Below, in pieces: positions 22,215 through 34,404 of a DNA stretch of 64,000 nucleotides. The stretch comes from Heteronotia binoei (Eukaryota). Position 1 is the stretch's first letter. The number at the start of each line of letters is the position of its first letter. The notes beneath the pieces were generated by a model, which was not told where the DNA came from, searched no databases, and saw only the letters and a program-made list of their open reading frames with translations. Location: positions 130,758,001 to 130,822,000 of the forward strand of contig NC_083230.1 in the NCBI RefSeq assembly GCF_032191835.1, written 5' to 3'. The position numbers and the translations under genes are program-made.

Positions 22215-24071
22215 TCTCACTAGTATGCAAGTGAGATTAGTAAAAGGGAACACAGGCTGTGGCAAATCAAATGCAAGACTGTGATCAGGCAGGCAAAAAG
22301 GGACTATGAGGAGCATATTGCAAAAAACATAAAGACCAACAATAAAACTTTCTTCAAATATATTAGAAGTAGGAAACCAGCCAGGGAGGCAGTGGGGCCC
22401 TTGGATGACCATGGGGTAAAAGGATTACTGAAGGAGGATAGGGAAATGGCTGAAAAGCTAAATGAATTTTTTGCATCCGTCTTCACTGTAGAAGACGAGA
22501 ACTTTTTGCCCGCCCCAGAACCACTAATTTTGGAAGGGGTATTGAAAGACCTGAGTCAGATTGAGGTGACAAATGAGGAGGTCCTACAACTAATAGACAA
22601 ATTAAAAACTAATAAGTCACCGGGTCCGGATGGCATACATCCGAGAGTTCTGAAGGAACTCAAAGTTGAACTTGTGGATCTTCTAACAAAAATCTGTAAT
22701 CTTTCATTGAAATCTGCCTCCATTCCTGAGGACTGGAAGGTAGCAAATGTCACCCCCATCTTTAAAAAAGGTTCCAGAGGAGATCCGGAAAATTACAGGC
22801 CAGTCAGTCTGACTTCAATACCGGGAAAGTTGGTAGAAACCATTATCAAGGACAGAATGAGTAGGCACATTGATGAACACGGGTTATTGAGGAAGACTCA
22901 GCATGGGTTCTGCAAGGGAAGATCTTGCCTCACTAACCTGTTGCATTTCTTTGAGGGGGTGAACAAACATGTGGACAAAGGAGACCCGATAGATGTTGTT
23001 TACCTTGACTTCCAGAAAGCTTTTGATAAAGTTCCTCATCAAAGGCTCCTTAGAAAGCTTGAGAATCATGGAGTAAAAGGACAGGTCCTCTTGTGGATCA
23101 AAAACTGGCTGAGTAATAGGAAGCAGAGAGTGAGTATAAATGGGCAGTCTTCGCAGTGGAGGACGGTAAGCAGTGGGGTGCCGCAGGGCTCGGTACTGGG
23201 TCCCATGCTCTTTAACTTGTTCATAAATGATTTAGAGTTGGGAGTGAGCAGTGAAGTGGCCAAGTTTGCGGATGACACTAAATTGTTCAGGGTGGTGAGA
23301 ACCAGAGAGGATTGTGAGGAACTCCAAAGGGATCTGTTGAGGCTGGGTGAGTGGGCGTCAACGTGGCAGATGCGGTTCAATGTGGCCAAGTGCAAAGTAA
23401 TGCACATTGGGGCTGAGAATCCCAGCTACAAATACAAGTTGATGGGGTGTGAACTGGCAGAGACTGATCAAGAGAGAGATCTTGGGGTCATGATAGATAA
23501 CTCACTGAAAGTGTCAAGACAGTGTGCATTTGCAATAAAAAAGGCCAACGCCATGCTGGGAATTATTAGGAAGGGAATTGAAAACAAATCAGCCAGTATC
23601 ATAATGCCCCTGTATAAATCGATGGTGCGGTCTCATTTGGAGTACTGAAATGCTTGGGACTCTTTAGCTTGGAGAAACGTCGACTGCGGGGTGACATGAT
23701 AGAGGTTTACAAGATAATGCATGGAATGGAGAAAGTAGAGAAAGAAGTACTTTTCTCCCTTTCTCACAATACAAGAACTCGTGGGCATTCGATGAAATTG
23801 CTGAGCAGACAGGTTAAGACGGATAAAAGGAAGTACTTCTTCACCCAAAGGGTGATTAACATGTGGAATTCACTGCCACAGGAGGTGGTGGCGGCCACAA
23901 GTATAGCCACTTTCAAGAGGGGTTTAGATAAAAATATGGAGCACAGGTCCATCAGTGGCTATTAGCCACAGTGTATGTGTGTATATAACATTTTTTGCCA
24001 CTGTGTGACACAGAGTGTTGGACTTGATGGGCCATTGGCCTGATCCAACATGGCTTCTCTTATGTTCTTAT
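22215..24071 (+). mobile_element. Young CR1 LINE (1.86 kb, 5'-truncated) with ~115-bp internal deletion
   Basis: Uninterrupted 455-aa ORF 22281-23648 with full RT motifs (YRPVSLT, YLDFQKAFD, GVPQGSVLGP, FADDTKL). GAGGA TSD at 22210-22214 and 24072-24076. Empty site at ~56545. Confidence 0.95.
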
Positions 24072-25094
24072 GAGGAACTTTTACAGATGAGAATCCAACT
24101 CTCTCTAGGAAAATTCCCAAAGTTTTGTGTTCATGTGATATAATTCTGTATTAAGTAACAGAGCTATACATACATACATACATACATACATACATACTTA
24201 TATACTTACATACACACATACATACATACATATTTATTTATTTAGTAGACTTATATTTCACCTTTTCCCATAAATGGGCTCAAGGCAGATACTTACTTAT
24301 GTACATACTTACATACATACTTCAATACATACTTACATGCATACATACATACATACTAGTATGCATACATACTTACATACGGATCTTTTCTTTTTGGCAT
24401 GATCTTAATGTTTTTAACACATATTTCAAATGGTACAATGTATTTACTGTGCCTTAAAACCCACATGGTGGAACTGAAAGGGCCTCATGTCTTTCTTGAA
24501 ACTCCCGTTACTCTATGCAGGCCTTGGGTTCCGCTGGAGCTCCTGAACCTTTCTGAGGCGTCTGCCTCCTCCTTCCCACCTTGTCCATTGAATAGGAGGT
24601 GCAGCTGCATCACAATCCCTGGATGAGCTCCACCACCTCTTTTAATACAAAACAACCCCGGACTGTATGTAAAGGGGTGGTTAACAGTCATTGGCTGTAA
24701 ATACACTCCAGAAACACAACAGAGGGAGATGAAATAGCTGATGGTGTGATAAAAACTTGTCTTTAGGACGCTCAGAGACTCTTGTCTGCTTCTGCTTCCA
24801 CTGCCTCGCGCACACACAGAGCTCGCTCTCTCTGGAAGAGGTGGCACAGAATATCTCCCATCTCCAGGGGCAGAAGAAATCCCAAAGGAACTTCTGTTCT
24901 AGGCAAAGACGGCATTTTTTGAGGGCCACCCTGTATGGCAGGACTCCCCACAGTCTCTGAAAGATGCTGTTTTAACAGAGCCTTTGCCACTCCAATTGAT
25001 GCCCGAGCCAAGCAAAAATGAAGCATTTCTTTCCCCAAAGTCCGTCTCCTAAACAAGATGCCTGTGGGAAGAGGGGTCGTGTTAGCACAGTACC

Positions 25095-25500
25095 CAATTC
25101 CTTCTGGGGCTACAGAAAACAATTCCACCCCATCCTCTAGATGACAGCCCTTCAAGTCCTTGAAAATGGTGATCCTATCACTTCTCAGCCACCTCCTCTC
25201 CAGGCTAAACAGGCCCAGCTCCTTCAACCTTGCCTCATAGGACTTGGTTTCCAGACCCCTCACCATCTTCGTTGCCCTCCTCTGGACCCCTTCCAGCTTG
25301 TCTAGATCCTTCTTAAAATGTGGTGCCCAAAACTGAACACGAGACTCCAGGTGAGGTCTTACCAGTAAAGCGACACCATCACTTCACGTGATCTGGACAC
25401 AAGACTTCTGTTGATACAGCCCAGAATCGCACTGGCCTTTTTAGCCACTCCATCAAACTGCATCACACAGCTGACTCATGCTCATCATATGGTCCACTAA
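25095..25500 (-). mobile_element. CR1/L3 second-subfamily fragment (paralog at ~55040-55440, plus strand)
   Basis: [22 protein letters not shown] coding. Confidence 0.82.
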
Positions 25501-26217
25501 GACCCGTAGATCCTACTGCTAAGACCAGTCTGATGAAGAAGAAGAGGAGGAGGAGGAGGATGATATTGGATTTATACTCTGCACTTCACTTGGACTGTGG
25601 CTAACTCAGAGTCACTCAGCAGGTGCATGTGGAGGAGTCGGGAATCAAACCCAGTTCTCCCAGATTAGAGTCCGTGCTCTTAATCACTACACCAAACTGA
25701 CCTTCTAGTTCTATTGCTCCCTCCAAATTCTGCAAGCTTGCTTTAAGACATCTTGCATTGTCCATACCTTCCTTCCAACAAAAAAATCCCTGGGGAAAGG
25801 GAACTCCAAGGGAGAAAGTTGCTCTGTTTTATGTTTACAATAAGTCCTTTTTTGAAACACCACGGATTCCCTGGCATAAACCTAACAGGGCCTGGAGTGA
25901 CACGCCAGAAAATGTGCACATCTTCCCATGTGGTTGCCATCTTGGATACATGCAAGGATGGCTGGAAAGAAAGGCACATCTCCTGCAACACTTTTTAAAA
26001 GAGACTCCATTTGCAGGTCTGAATCCCTGTTAGCAGTTCACCTGGCCACAAGAATTCAGAAGCCCAGAATACAACCCCATCTCATGCATTTTACTAGGAC
26101 CGGGCAAATTGCACAGACCAGGAATTCAGACCAGGGAATAGGTTGGGTGATAAAGCTGAGGACAAACTCACTACTCCAGCCCACAGCATGATGCCATGTT
26201 CTGGACGTGCCTCTGGG

Positions 26218-26613
26218 TATAAATTATTCTCTCCCCTGACGATGTGAGACACGACTCAGGCAAATCCCCTGAGCTTCCAGCCACTGCACTTCATTCCCTG
26301 AAGGCCTCCAATCCAGGATCATCCCCAACGGACCCTCATCCAAGAACAGAATTCTGCTCTCCAGGGCAACATCAGTTGGGTATACCGCTGTCTGCTCCAG
26401 GGCACCAGAGACTTCACACTGGCAGAGGAGACAGGCTTTCGAGACCCTGTGTAGGTTCCACATCTTGGGGCTCCCATGCAGTAACATCATGACAACTTTA
26501 GGCTAAACTGATCTTGCAAACAGGATGAGCAGGGACCAAAAGCCCAGAGAAGGAGGCGGAAGAGAAGCAGGAGGACTCCTACCTTGACTTGTCGCCTGCG
26601 TGCAAAGGTGAGT
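26218..26613 (+). promoter_or_regulatory. Orphan copy of the putative OR promoter/first exon inside the inversion
   Basis: TATAAAT at 26218-26224 and AAG|GTGAGT donor at 26608. No OR acceptor or CDS follows on the plus strand. Confidence 0.45.
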
Positions 26614-26767
26614 AGCAGCTTTCCCCAGCCAACAGTATTTCTAGATGCTGAGTAGTTCCCTTCTCAAAGGGCAGGCAGAAAAGGGTGGGCTTCTCGAGCC
26701 CCTTGGCTGACAAAACAACCACTCCAGGTGAACCATACTGAGCTATCTCAGTCTGTACCCCATTCCC

Positions 26768-26805
26768 TTGTCTGAAGAAGTGTGCAGGCATACGAAAGCT
26801 TAAAA
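26768..26805 (+). ncRNA. PLE-derived minimal hammerhead ribozyme motif (core intact, stem I mismatched)
   Basis: TTGT-CTGAAGA-A-GTGTGC(AG)GCATAC-GAAA-GC-TT-AAAA: CUGANGA and GAAA cores, a 6-bp stem II and a palindromic AGCU stem III. Confidence 0.65.
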
Positions 26806-28801
26806 TCCAAATAAAACTTTGTTGGTCTTAAAGGTTCTACTTGACTCCTACTTCGTCATACTGAGCAATGGTTTGTTCAGGTTTTTCTTAAAAAAACGTT
26901 CAGTAGAATGGAATGGAGTCCACATAGCGTTTTCCCTGAGATTACAGAACACACCAAGAGCAAAGGGTGACAGATGGTGGTTTTGCTGCTTTGGCAGCTT
27001 AAATTAATGCAATCAAGTTGCACGTGGAAGAGTGGGGAATCAAACCTGGTTCTCCCTGATGAGAGTCTGCACACTTAACCACTACTCCAAACTGGCTCAG
27101 TGAGGGAGGGATGGTGGCTCAGGGGTAGAGCATCTGCTCAGTAAGCAGAAGGTCCCAGGTTCAATCCTCGGCATCTCCAACTAAAAAGGGTCCAGGCAAA
27201 TAGGAGTGAAAAACCTCAGCTTGAGACCCTGGAGAGCCACTGCCAGTGACTTGGATGGACTGAGAGTCTGATTCAGTATATGTTCATATGTTCATGGCTC
27301 TGTGACAGAGCTCTTTGAGCCTAATATGAATTTCATGAAGAAGTCTTAGCTTGATGTCAATAGACTGATATTACAGAAGAGAATGGCTCTATGAAAAAGC
27401 ATTTCTGTGTGAAACATGATCCATTAGTCGACTGGCACATCAGGAGAAGAAAGAATCCTTTGGTGCCGATATTTTGATTCCACACAGTAAATGGTGAAAG
27501 ACTGTGACTGCATGTCTCAAAAGAACTTTTCTGCAACGAATTGAGGAGAATTGCTGCTAAAATTCAAGGTGTTTATTAATAATAAGTTCTCATACAGTTA
27601 CACTAGCATTCACACCATCGTAATTGAACTAGGAATATTCAGTGGTGAAAAATTGGATAGGCACATTTGCATTAGCAGGATTGAGGCATTGATCACAGGG
27701 TGATACGACTACCTGTCCAATGAGAAGAGAAGATCTCAATAGCCATGGCAGGAGGGAAGGGGGGCAGCAAGAACTGGCCAGATCAGAGGCTGGAGGCAAC
27801 CTTTGCTGGCAATAAGGGGGTCTGGGAGGGGCCCAGAATACCCACTTACTTGACCTTATGTTCTTATGTGCGTGGGGCTGAGAGAGATCATTGAGGGGTG
27901 CTGAGGTGGAAAGCTTTGGTGGAGGGAGGGAGGAACCAGAACTCATGAATCAGTAACACATCCAATATCCATTTTGGGGGGGGGGGGGGGTGTTAGCCAA
28001 ATTGCCTCTGAGATCAAATTGGGGAATTAAACTAATAGGCAAATGGCCAGAGCAGGATCGATGACCTATGCCTACGGGTGTCAAAATTCTCCAGAGACCC
28101 AACGAATTGAGGAGGATTCCTGCTAAAATTCAAGGTGTTTTTATTAATAATAAGTTCTCATACAGTTACACTAGCATTCACGCCATCGTAATAGAACTAG
28201 GAATATTCAGTGAAAAATTGGATAGGGACGTTTGCATTAGCAGGATTGAGGCATCCATCACGGGGTGATACGACTACCTGTCCAAAGAGAAGAGCAGATC
28301 TCAATAGCCATGGCAGGAGGGAAGGGGGGCAGCAAGAACCGGCCAGATCAGAGCCTGGAGACAACTTTTGCTGGCAATAAGGGAGTCCAGGAGGGGCCCA
28401 GAACACCCACTTACTTGACCTTAAATTGTCAGATTCATAACTTGAAGTCAAAAGGGGCAGTGACCACTGGGCAGTAGCCCTCATTGGAGTGGACATTTGA
28501 TCTTAGCCCTGTTGATTGGTTCCCACTGAGGACCAATGAAGGCCGGGATTCTGTTACCACGTGACAATTCGGAGTCCAGAGACTAACTGCCTGTGACACC
28601 TCTAGGGGACTTTAGCAGAACAAAAAGGAGGAAAGGGAAAACAATGGATGTGGCAGTCGGCAGCTAGTCTCGATGTTGGGTATTGACTTGTTGATGAGTC
28701 CCTGGCTCCGTTGGTGCAACCTCCTTTCATCTGAGCCAGCAGTAGTCTGTATGCAGAGGCGTGGTTGCAGCTGCGAACGTGTTGTGGCTGCTTTGCAGTA
28801 C

Positions 28802-29165
28802 TAAGAACATAAGAACATCAGAGAAGCCATGTTTGATCAGGACAATGGCACATCCAGTCCAACACTCTCTTTCACATAAGAGCATAAGAGAAGCCATGTT
28901 GGATCAGGACAATGGCCCATCCAGTCCAACACTCTGTGTCACAGAAGAACATAAGAGAAGCCATGTTGGATCAGGACAATGGCCCATCCAGTCCAACACT
29001 CTGTGTCACATAAGAACAGAAGAGAAGCCATGTTGGATCAGGCCAATGGCCCATCCAGTCCAGCACTCTGTGTCACATAAGAACATAAGAGAAGCCATGT
29101 TGGATCAGGACAATGGCCCATCCAGTCCAACACTCTGTGTCACACCGTGGCCAAAAAACCCAAGC
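28802..29165 (-). repeat. Tandem array of CR1 3'-terminal ~67-bp hairpin units (~5 copies)
   Basis: Repeated ATAAGAGAAGCCATGTTGGATCAGG...TCCAACACTCTGTGTCAC. Confidence 0.88.
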
Positions 29166-30786
29166 ACCATCAGAAGGTCCACCAGTGGGGCTAGAAGCCC
29201 TCCCACTGTGCCCCACTCCAAACACCAAGAATACAGAGCATCACTGCCTCAGACAGAGAGTTCCAACAATATAGGGACGGTGGCTCAGTGGTAGAGCATC
29301 TGCTTGGGAAGCAGAAGGTCCCAGGTTCAATCCCTGGCATCTCCAAAAAAGGATCCAGGCAAATAGGTGTGAAAAACCTCAGCTTGAGACCTTGGAGAGC
29401 CGCTGCCAGTCTGAGAAGACAATACTGACTTTGATGGACCAAGGGTCTGATTCTGTATAAGGCAGCTTCATATGTTCATATATGTTCAATATGCTGTGGC
29501 TAATAGCCACTGATGGACCTCTGCTCCATATGCTTCTCCAATCCTCTCTTGAAGCTGTCTATGCTTGAAGCCACCACCACCTCATGTGGCAGTGAATTAT
29601 ATGTGAAGAAGGACTTCCTATTGTCCGTTCTAACCCGACTGCTCAGCAATTTCACGGAGTGCCCACAAGTTCTCAAATTGTGAGAAAGGGAGAAAAGGAC
29701 TTCTTTCTCTACCTTTTCTATCCCATGCAGAATCTTGTAATGCTGGCCAAGAAGGAACTGTGTTGTCCTTCTTCCACCCTCCATTTGGAAAATGGTTTTC
29801 CCCCCAGCCTTCAGGTTCTCCTCTTAGTGTGGGGAAGCCTAGTCAGTTGGAGGGGGTGACTGGGAACGTAGCCTTCCTGCCTACTACTGTGTATTTCAAA
29901 TGTACTACTGTGTATTTCAAATGTGCATTCAGAGTCTCATGCATGGCTGTGTTAGTCTCTGGGATGAAAGTCCCCATTCCTAGCAATATTTGGCTAAGTG
30001 CTAGAACTTGAAATGCAGTCCACTGCAGATGACCACCCATAGTGGACAGTCCAAAGTGGGTAGTTATGGGGGATCTTTGGGAGACCACGGCTCCTGGCTC
30101 ACAGGGGGACACTATTCCAAGGACCAGGCCTCAGATTCAGTGGGAGCTAACAGGAGCACAGCTCCTGAACCTTTCTGAGAATTCCACCTCCTCCTTCTGA
30201 GAGTTCCACCTTCTTGTCCATTGAATAGTAGGCGCAGCTGCATAACAATCTCTGGATGAGCTCCATCACCTATTTTTTATTTATTTATTTATTTATTTAT
30301 TTAGAATTTATATCCCGCCCTTCCCACAAGTGGCTCAGGGCGGCTTCCAGCATTAGATCCAACATAAATTAAACAGTATTTAAACATGTAAGGGAATAAC
30401 TTTAAAACAGATAAAACCATAAAAATTAATAAATATTCCAAAATTTTCTACAAAATGACCCCTCCCGAGGACCCTACATCTTCCACACGACCACTATGAA
30501 CTTCAAGCTGCCTATAGGCATCTCAAATGAGGTTGTGACACAGAGTGTTGGACTGGATGGGCGATTGTCCTGATCCAACATGTCTTCTCTTATGTGACAG
30601 AGAGTGTTGGACTGGATGTGCACTAAATATTCCTAGTTCTATTACGATGGTGTGACTGCTAGTGTAACTGTATGAGAACTTATTATTAATAAAAACACCT
30701 TGAATTTTAGCAGCAATTCTCCTCAATTCGTTGGGTCTCTGGAGAATTTTGACACCCATAGGCATAGGTCATCGATCCTGCTCTGG

Positions 30787-31271
30787 CCACCTTTTATTTG
30801 TCATGCTGGTTGCTGTGCGGGTGCTGTGCTGTGCTAAACTTTTACACGCAACTGTTTTTGTTTTGTTTTGTTTTGTTTTTCTTGTTCTCTTTTAATTAAA
30901 TATTTTTACTGTTTTGAATGCTGGCAGTCAAACTCTGTACCACATAGATCCCCAACCGCTTTAGACCACGCTTTATGAAGGGGGCCCCGAGGAAAGGGGG
31001 AAGGCCTGTGGTTGGATAAGGTGCCAATCCTCCAGTGCTGTGGTCTCTGTGAATCCCAAGTACAGGGTGGCAGAGGACCTTGAGGCCTGGCCTCAGAGCT
31101 GGAGAGGGGGATTGAGAGTCCTGTTCCTCCCAATCTGAACCCCTAGACTGAGCAGGTGGTGGCAGTGAGCCCAAGTGGCCGAAGGAGAAATAGCTCCCTC
31201 CAGGAGTTGGCGACTCAATAGGGAGCTGACGGGACCGGGTCTGAAGGTAGAATCGGGCCGGTTCCGTCACA
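30787..31271 (-). mobile_element. Truncated solo LTR (same family as 20846 and 56972)
   Basis: Ends CCGTCACA|CCTTC; broken at the rearrangement junction near 30787. Confidence 0.88.
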
Positions 31272-31473
31272 CCTTCATTCTTGAGCTTAGCTTATTTTGT
31301 ATGGTGTGTGTTATTCATTTTTTAATACCCCATTTCATATGTTTCAATTCGCCTGTTGAACCTGTGTCTTGCTTACTGCCTCAACATGTCCACTACAGCA
31401 CGAACAAACCAACAGAGTCCATATTGTCCCACAATTAGTAGCTCTAAAGGGAATACAAAACATCTCTGGTGCC

Positions 31474-32430
31474 TTAATTCATAGTATTGTGATGTTTCGC
31501 CTTTGCCTGGCTTTCTAGAACCTTCCGGAAGGCCTCTCTCACGTCCTTGTTCCGGAGGCTGTAGATGAGGGGGTTGACCATAGGGGGGATTATACAGAAC
31601 ATGGTTGAGACCAGAGTGTCAATCTCTAAGGAATAACCAGCGCTTGGACGGTTATAGTTAAGCAATCCATTTCCAAAGTAAACGATGACAACAGTGAGGT
31701 GAGAAGCGCAGGTGGAGAAGGCTTTGCCCTTGGTGTTGGCGGAACGGATCTTCAAGATGGAGGACAGGATGAAGACATAGGAGAGAATGATGAAGAAGAA
31801 GGGACCCCCAGCCACTAAAAAGCTTGCGGTGTGGATTACAAAGTCATTGATGTGTGCATTGTTGCAAGCAATTTCCATCAGTGGGGGCAGATCACAGTAG
31901 ATATGGTGAATCTGGTTGACTCCACAAAAGGACAACGTGGTGCTGAGTGCTGTGTGGAGAGCGGAGTATAGGGTGCCCCAGATCCAAGTGACCAAGGCGA
32001 GGATGGTGCACACCTTGGGGCTCATGAGGCGGGAGTAATGCAAAGGTTTACAGATGGCAGCATAGCGATCATAGGCCATGATAGCCAATATGGCAGCCTC
32101 TGTCCCTGAGAAAGAGAGTAAGAAGAAGATCTGGGCCAGGCACTGGTTGTAGGAGATGGTCTGCCGCTGGTACAAGAAGTTCACCAGGATCTTGGGGACC
32201 GTGACGGAGGAGACACAGATATCTAGGAAGGAGAGATGGCTGAGGAAGTAATACATGGGCGTACGGAGGCTGGAATCCAGTTGAATCAGAGTAAATATCA
32301 TGAGGTTCCCCATCACGGTGACCAAGTGAATGGCTAGGAATGGCAAGAAGAGGTAGATGTGGCTGTTTGGAATGCCGGAGAAACCCAGGAAGACAAACTC
32401 CACCACTTGCGTCTGGTTCTTCTCTCCCAT
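31474..32430 (-). CDS. Olfactory receptor, 318 aa - OR2
   Basis: MGEKNQT; all canonical OR motifs are intact. The acceptor TTACAG|GTGACT lies just upstream, so the ORF-track GTG start at 32448 is the exon start rather than a codon. Confidence 0.96.
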   Translation of the reverse strand: MGEKNQTQVVEFVFLGFSGIPNSHIYLFLPFLAIHLVTVMGNLMIFTLIQLDSSLRTPMYYFLSHLSFLDICVSSVTVPKILVNFLYQRQTISYNQCLAQIFFLLSFSGTEAAILAIMAYDRYAAICKPLHYSRLMSPKVCTILALVTWIWGTLYSALHTALSTTLSFCGVNQIHHIYCDLPPLMEIACNNAHINDFVIHTASFLVAGGPFFFIILSYVFILSSILKIRSANTKGKAFSTCASHLTVVIVYFGNGLLNYNRPSAGYSLEIDTLVSTMFCIIPPMVNPLIYSLRNKDVREAFRKVLESQAKAKHHNTMN

Positions 32431-32851
32431 TGAGAGTTCAGGAGTCACCTGTAAAATGGGAGGGGGGAAACAAGTGAGAGAAGACCTCTTGGCACGGCAA
32501 GCTCATTTGGGATGCCTCTAGGCAGCTTGAAGTTCACAGTGGTCGTGTGGAAGATGTAGGGTCCTCGGCAGGGGTCATTTTGTCGAAAAATAGGTGGTGG
32601 AGCTCATCCAGGGATTGTTATGCAGCCGCACCTACTGTTCAATGGACAAGGAGGTGGAACTCTCAGAAAGGTTCAGGAGCTGTGCTCCTGTGAGCTCCCA
32701 CTGCATCTGAGGCCTGGTCCTTGGAAGAGTGTCCGCCTGTGAGCCAGGGGCTGTGGTCTCCCAAAGATCCCCCATAACTACCCACTTTGGACTGTGTGCT
32801 ATGGATGGCGATCTGCAATGGACTGCGTTTCAAGTTCTAGCACTTAGCCAA

Positions 32852-34174
32852 TGTGAGCAAAAAGCCTCCTACTTTTCATACACATGGACATCGTGATCAC
32901 CAGTATGGTTGCCAGGCTGCCTGGAGATTCAACTCACACACATCTGCCAAGAAATGTGGGTTTTTGTCTACCTGAATATAAGGGACTTATGTGAGCACTG
33001 ATAACATTGCAGCAAGCACTCAGCGACTCTGGAAGAGTGCTGATCAGGAGGAAAGATGGGTTTCCAGTCGCCATCTCAGCCGTTGCATCAGGAGAAGGTG
33101 CGCTGTCAGGGACTGCCCAGACAAGCTGTTTCCAGCCCTGACCATGGAATCCCTCTGGGAAGGCTAACACCACCAGCCACTATCGTTCTGCCTCACCAGA
33201 CTCCATGATAACGAAGCAGGTGTCTCAAATACACAATAGACGTCACCTGTGTATAAGGCAATCAAACTCACCCCAGGAAGGGAATCTGCCAGACTTGGTT
33301 CATTGGAACCAAGACAAAGGATGGCACCAGCAGAGGAATAAAGAAGAGGAAGAACAGCTTCGTGCAGAGCCAAGTGTCTTTGTATAGATTGGGTGCCACC
33401 TTTGGTAGCAATTCGGCCATCTATTGACACCTTTTTGATATGTTGAATAGCTTTCAGTCACGCCCACCCCAGGAATGTCACACATTCTTTCTTTTGATGG
33501 TCACCTTGGAGCCTCCCACCTTGGCCCTTCATTGCCTGGAAGTCCAATCAGGTAGCCAGGGCCAAGTCCTCTCATTGGCCAGGAATGGGCATCCAATCAG
33601 ATGCCGCCAATAAACTGGCTATTGGCTGCTGCATAAGTCCAGCCCTTATGGTCATTGCAGAGACTCCCCTTTTTGTGAGGTCATGTACCAGCTGACCACC
33701 AGTCATCCGCCCCTGGACCTCCCACCCCCTTAGGGCTCAGGAGAAGCCTTATAACCTCTGACCCAACATTTTTACACATGTGCATCTAGCAGTAACCCAT
33801 TTCCACTGTTTAGATACACCCCCGATTCTTGATCAGTTGAGGGTCCACTCCCCCTAGTCCTCATTTGTCGCCATCAGAACCTTCTTTGAAGACTACGATT
33901 GATAATTATCACCCTGTTTGTCCATCCTTATGTTACCTCTATATATTTATCTCTATTTTTATTAGGACTCTATGTGTGTTGTATAAATTCATGCCCTCGT
34001 ATGTGTGTGTTCTATATTTTTCTGTAATAATGGTTTCGCTTAATTAGCATCCTTGGTAAATTTAAGCAATAATTTCTGGAAGTGAATCCTGTATACATAG
34101 GTTCTAGATCCTTTGAAGCCCAAGGTGCCCACCTGTTAATTCCCCAACCTCTTTTGAGGGCATTTTGACTTACA
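32852..34174. mobile_element. Solo LTR (1323 bp, ERV1-type 4-bp TSD) in the OR2 upstream intron
   Basis: TGTGAG...CTTACA with CCAA TSD at 32848-32851 and 34175-34178. Empty site TTAGCCAAATATTG at ~49847 and ~59510. CCAAT cluster at ~33544-33625. Confidence 0.85.
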
Positions 34175-34404
34175 CCAAATATTGCTAGGAATGGGAACTT
34201 TCGTCCCAGAGACTAACACAGAGCCATGCATGAGGCTCTGAATGCACATTTCAAGTACACAGTAGAAGGCAGGAAGGCTACATTCCCAGTCACCCCCTCC
34301 ACGACTGACTAGGCTTCCCCACACTAAGAGGAAAACCCAGAAGCTGGGGGAATAACCGTTTTCCAAAGGGAGGGTGGGAGAAGGACAACACAGTTCCTTC
34401 TTGA

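Larger units (their letters stand above)
20200..30520 (+). repeat. Inverted segmental duplication of the OR unit (approximately the reverse complement of 49.5-58.56 kb)
   Basis: Collinear reverse-complement matches of the OR 3' half, solo LTR, 3' flank, CR1b, SINEs, promoter-like block and CR1 tails. There is one extra CR1, and ~1.4 kb is replaced near 27540. Confidence 0.88.

Noticed and set aside
32431-32448. MTPELS/MTPQLL N-termini given by the ORF track for OR2-4
   Set aside because: The track uses GTG at the exon start after a CAG acceptor. The true start is the downstream ATG (MGEKN), followed by the conserved N-glycosylation site.
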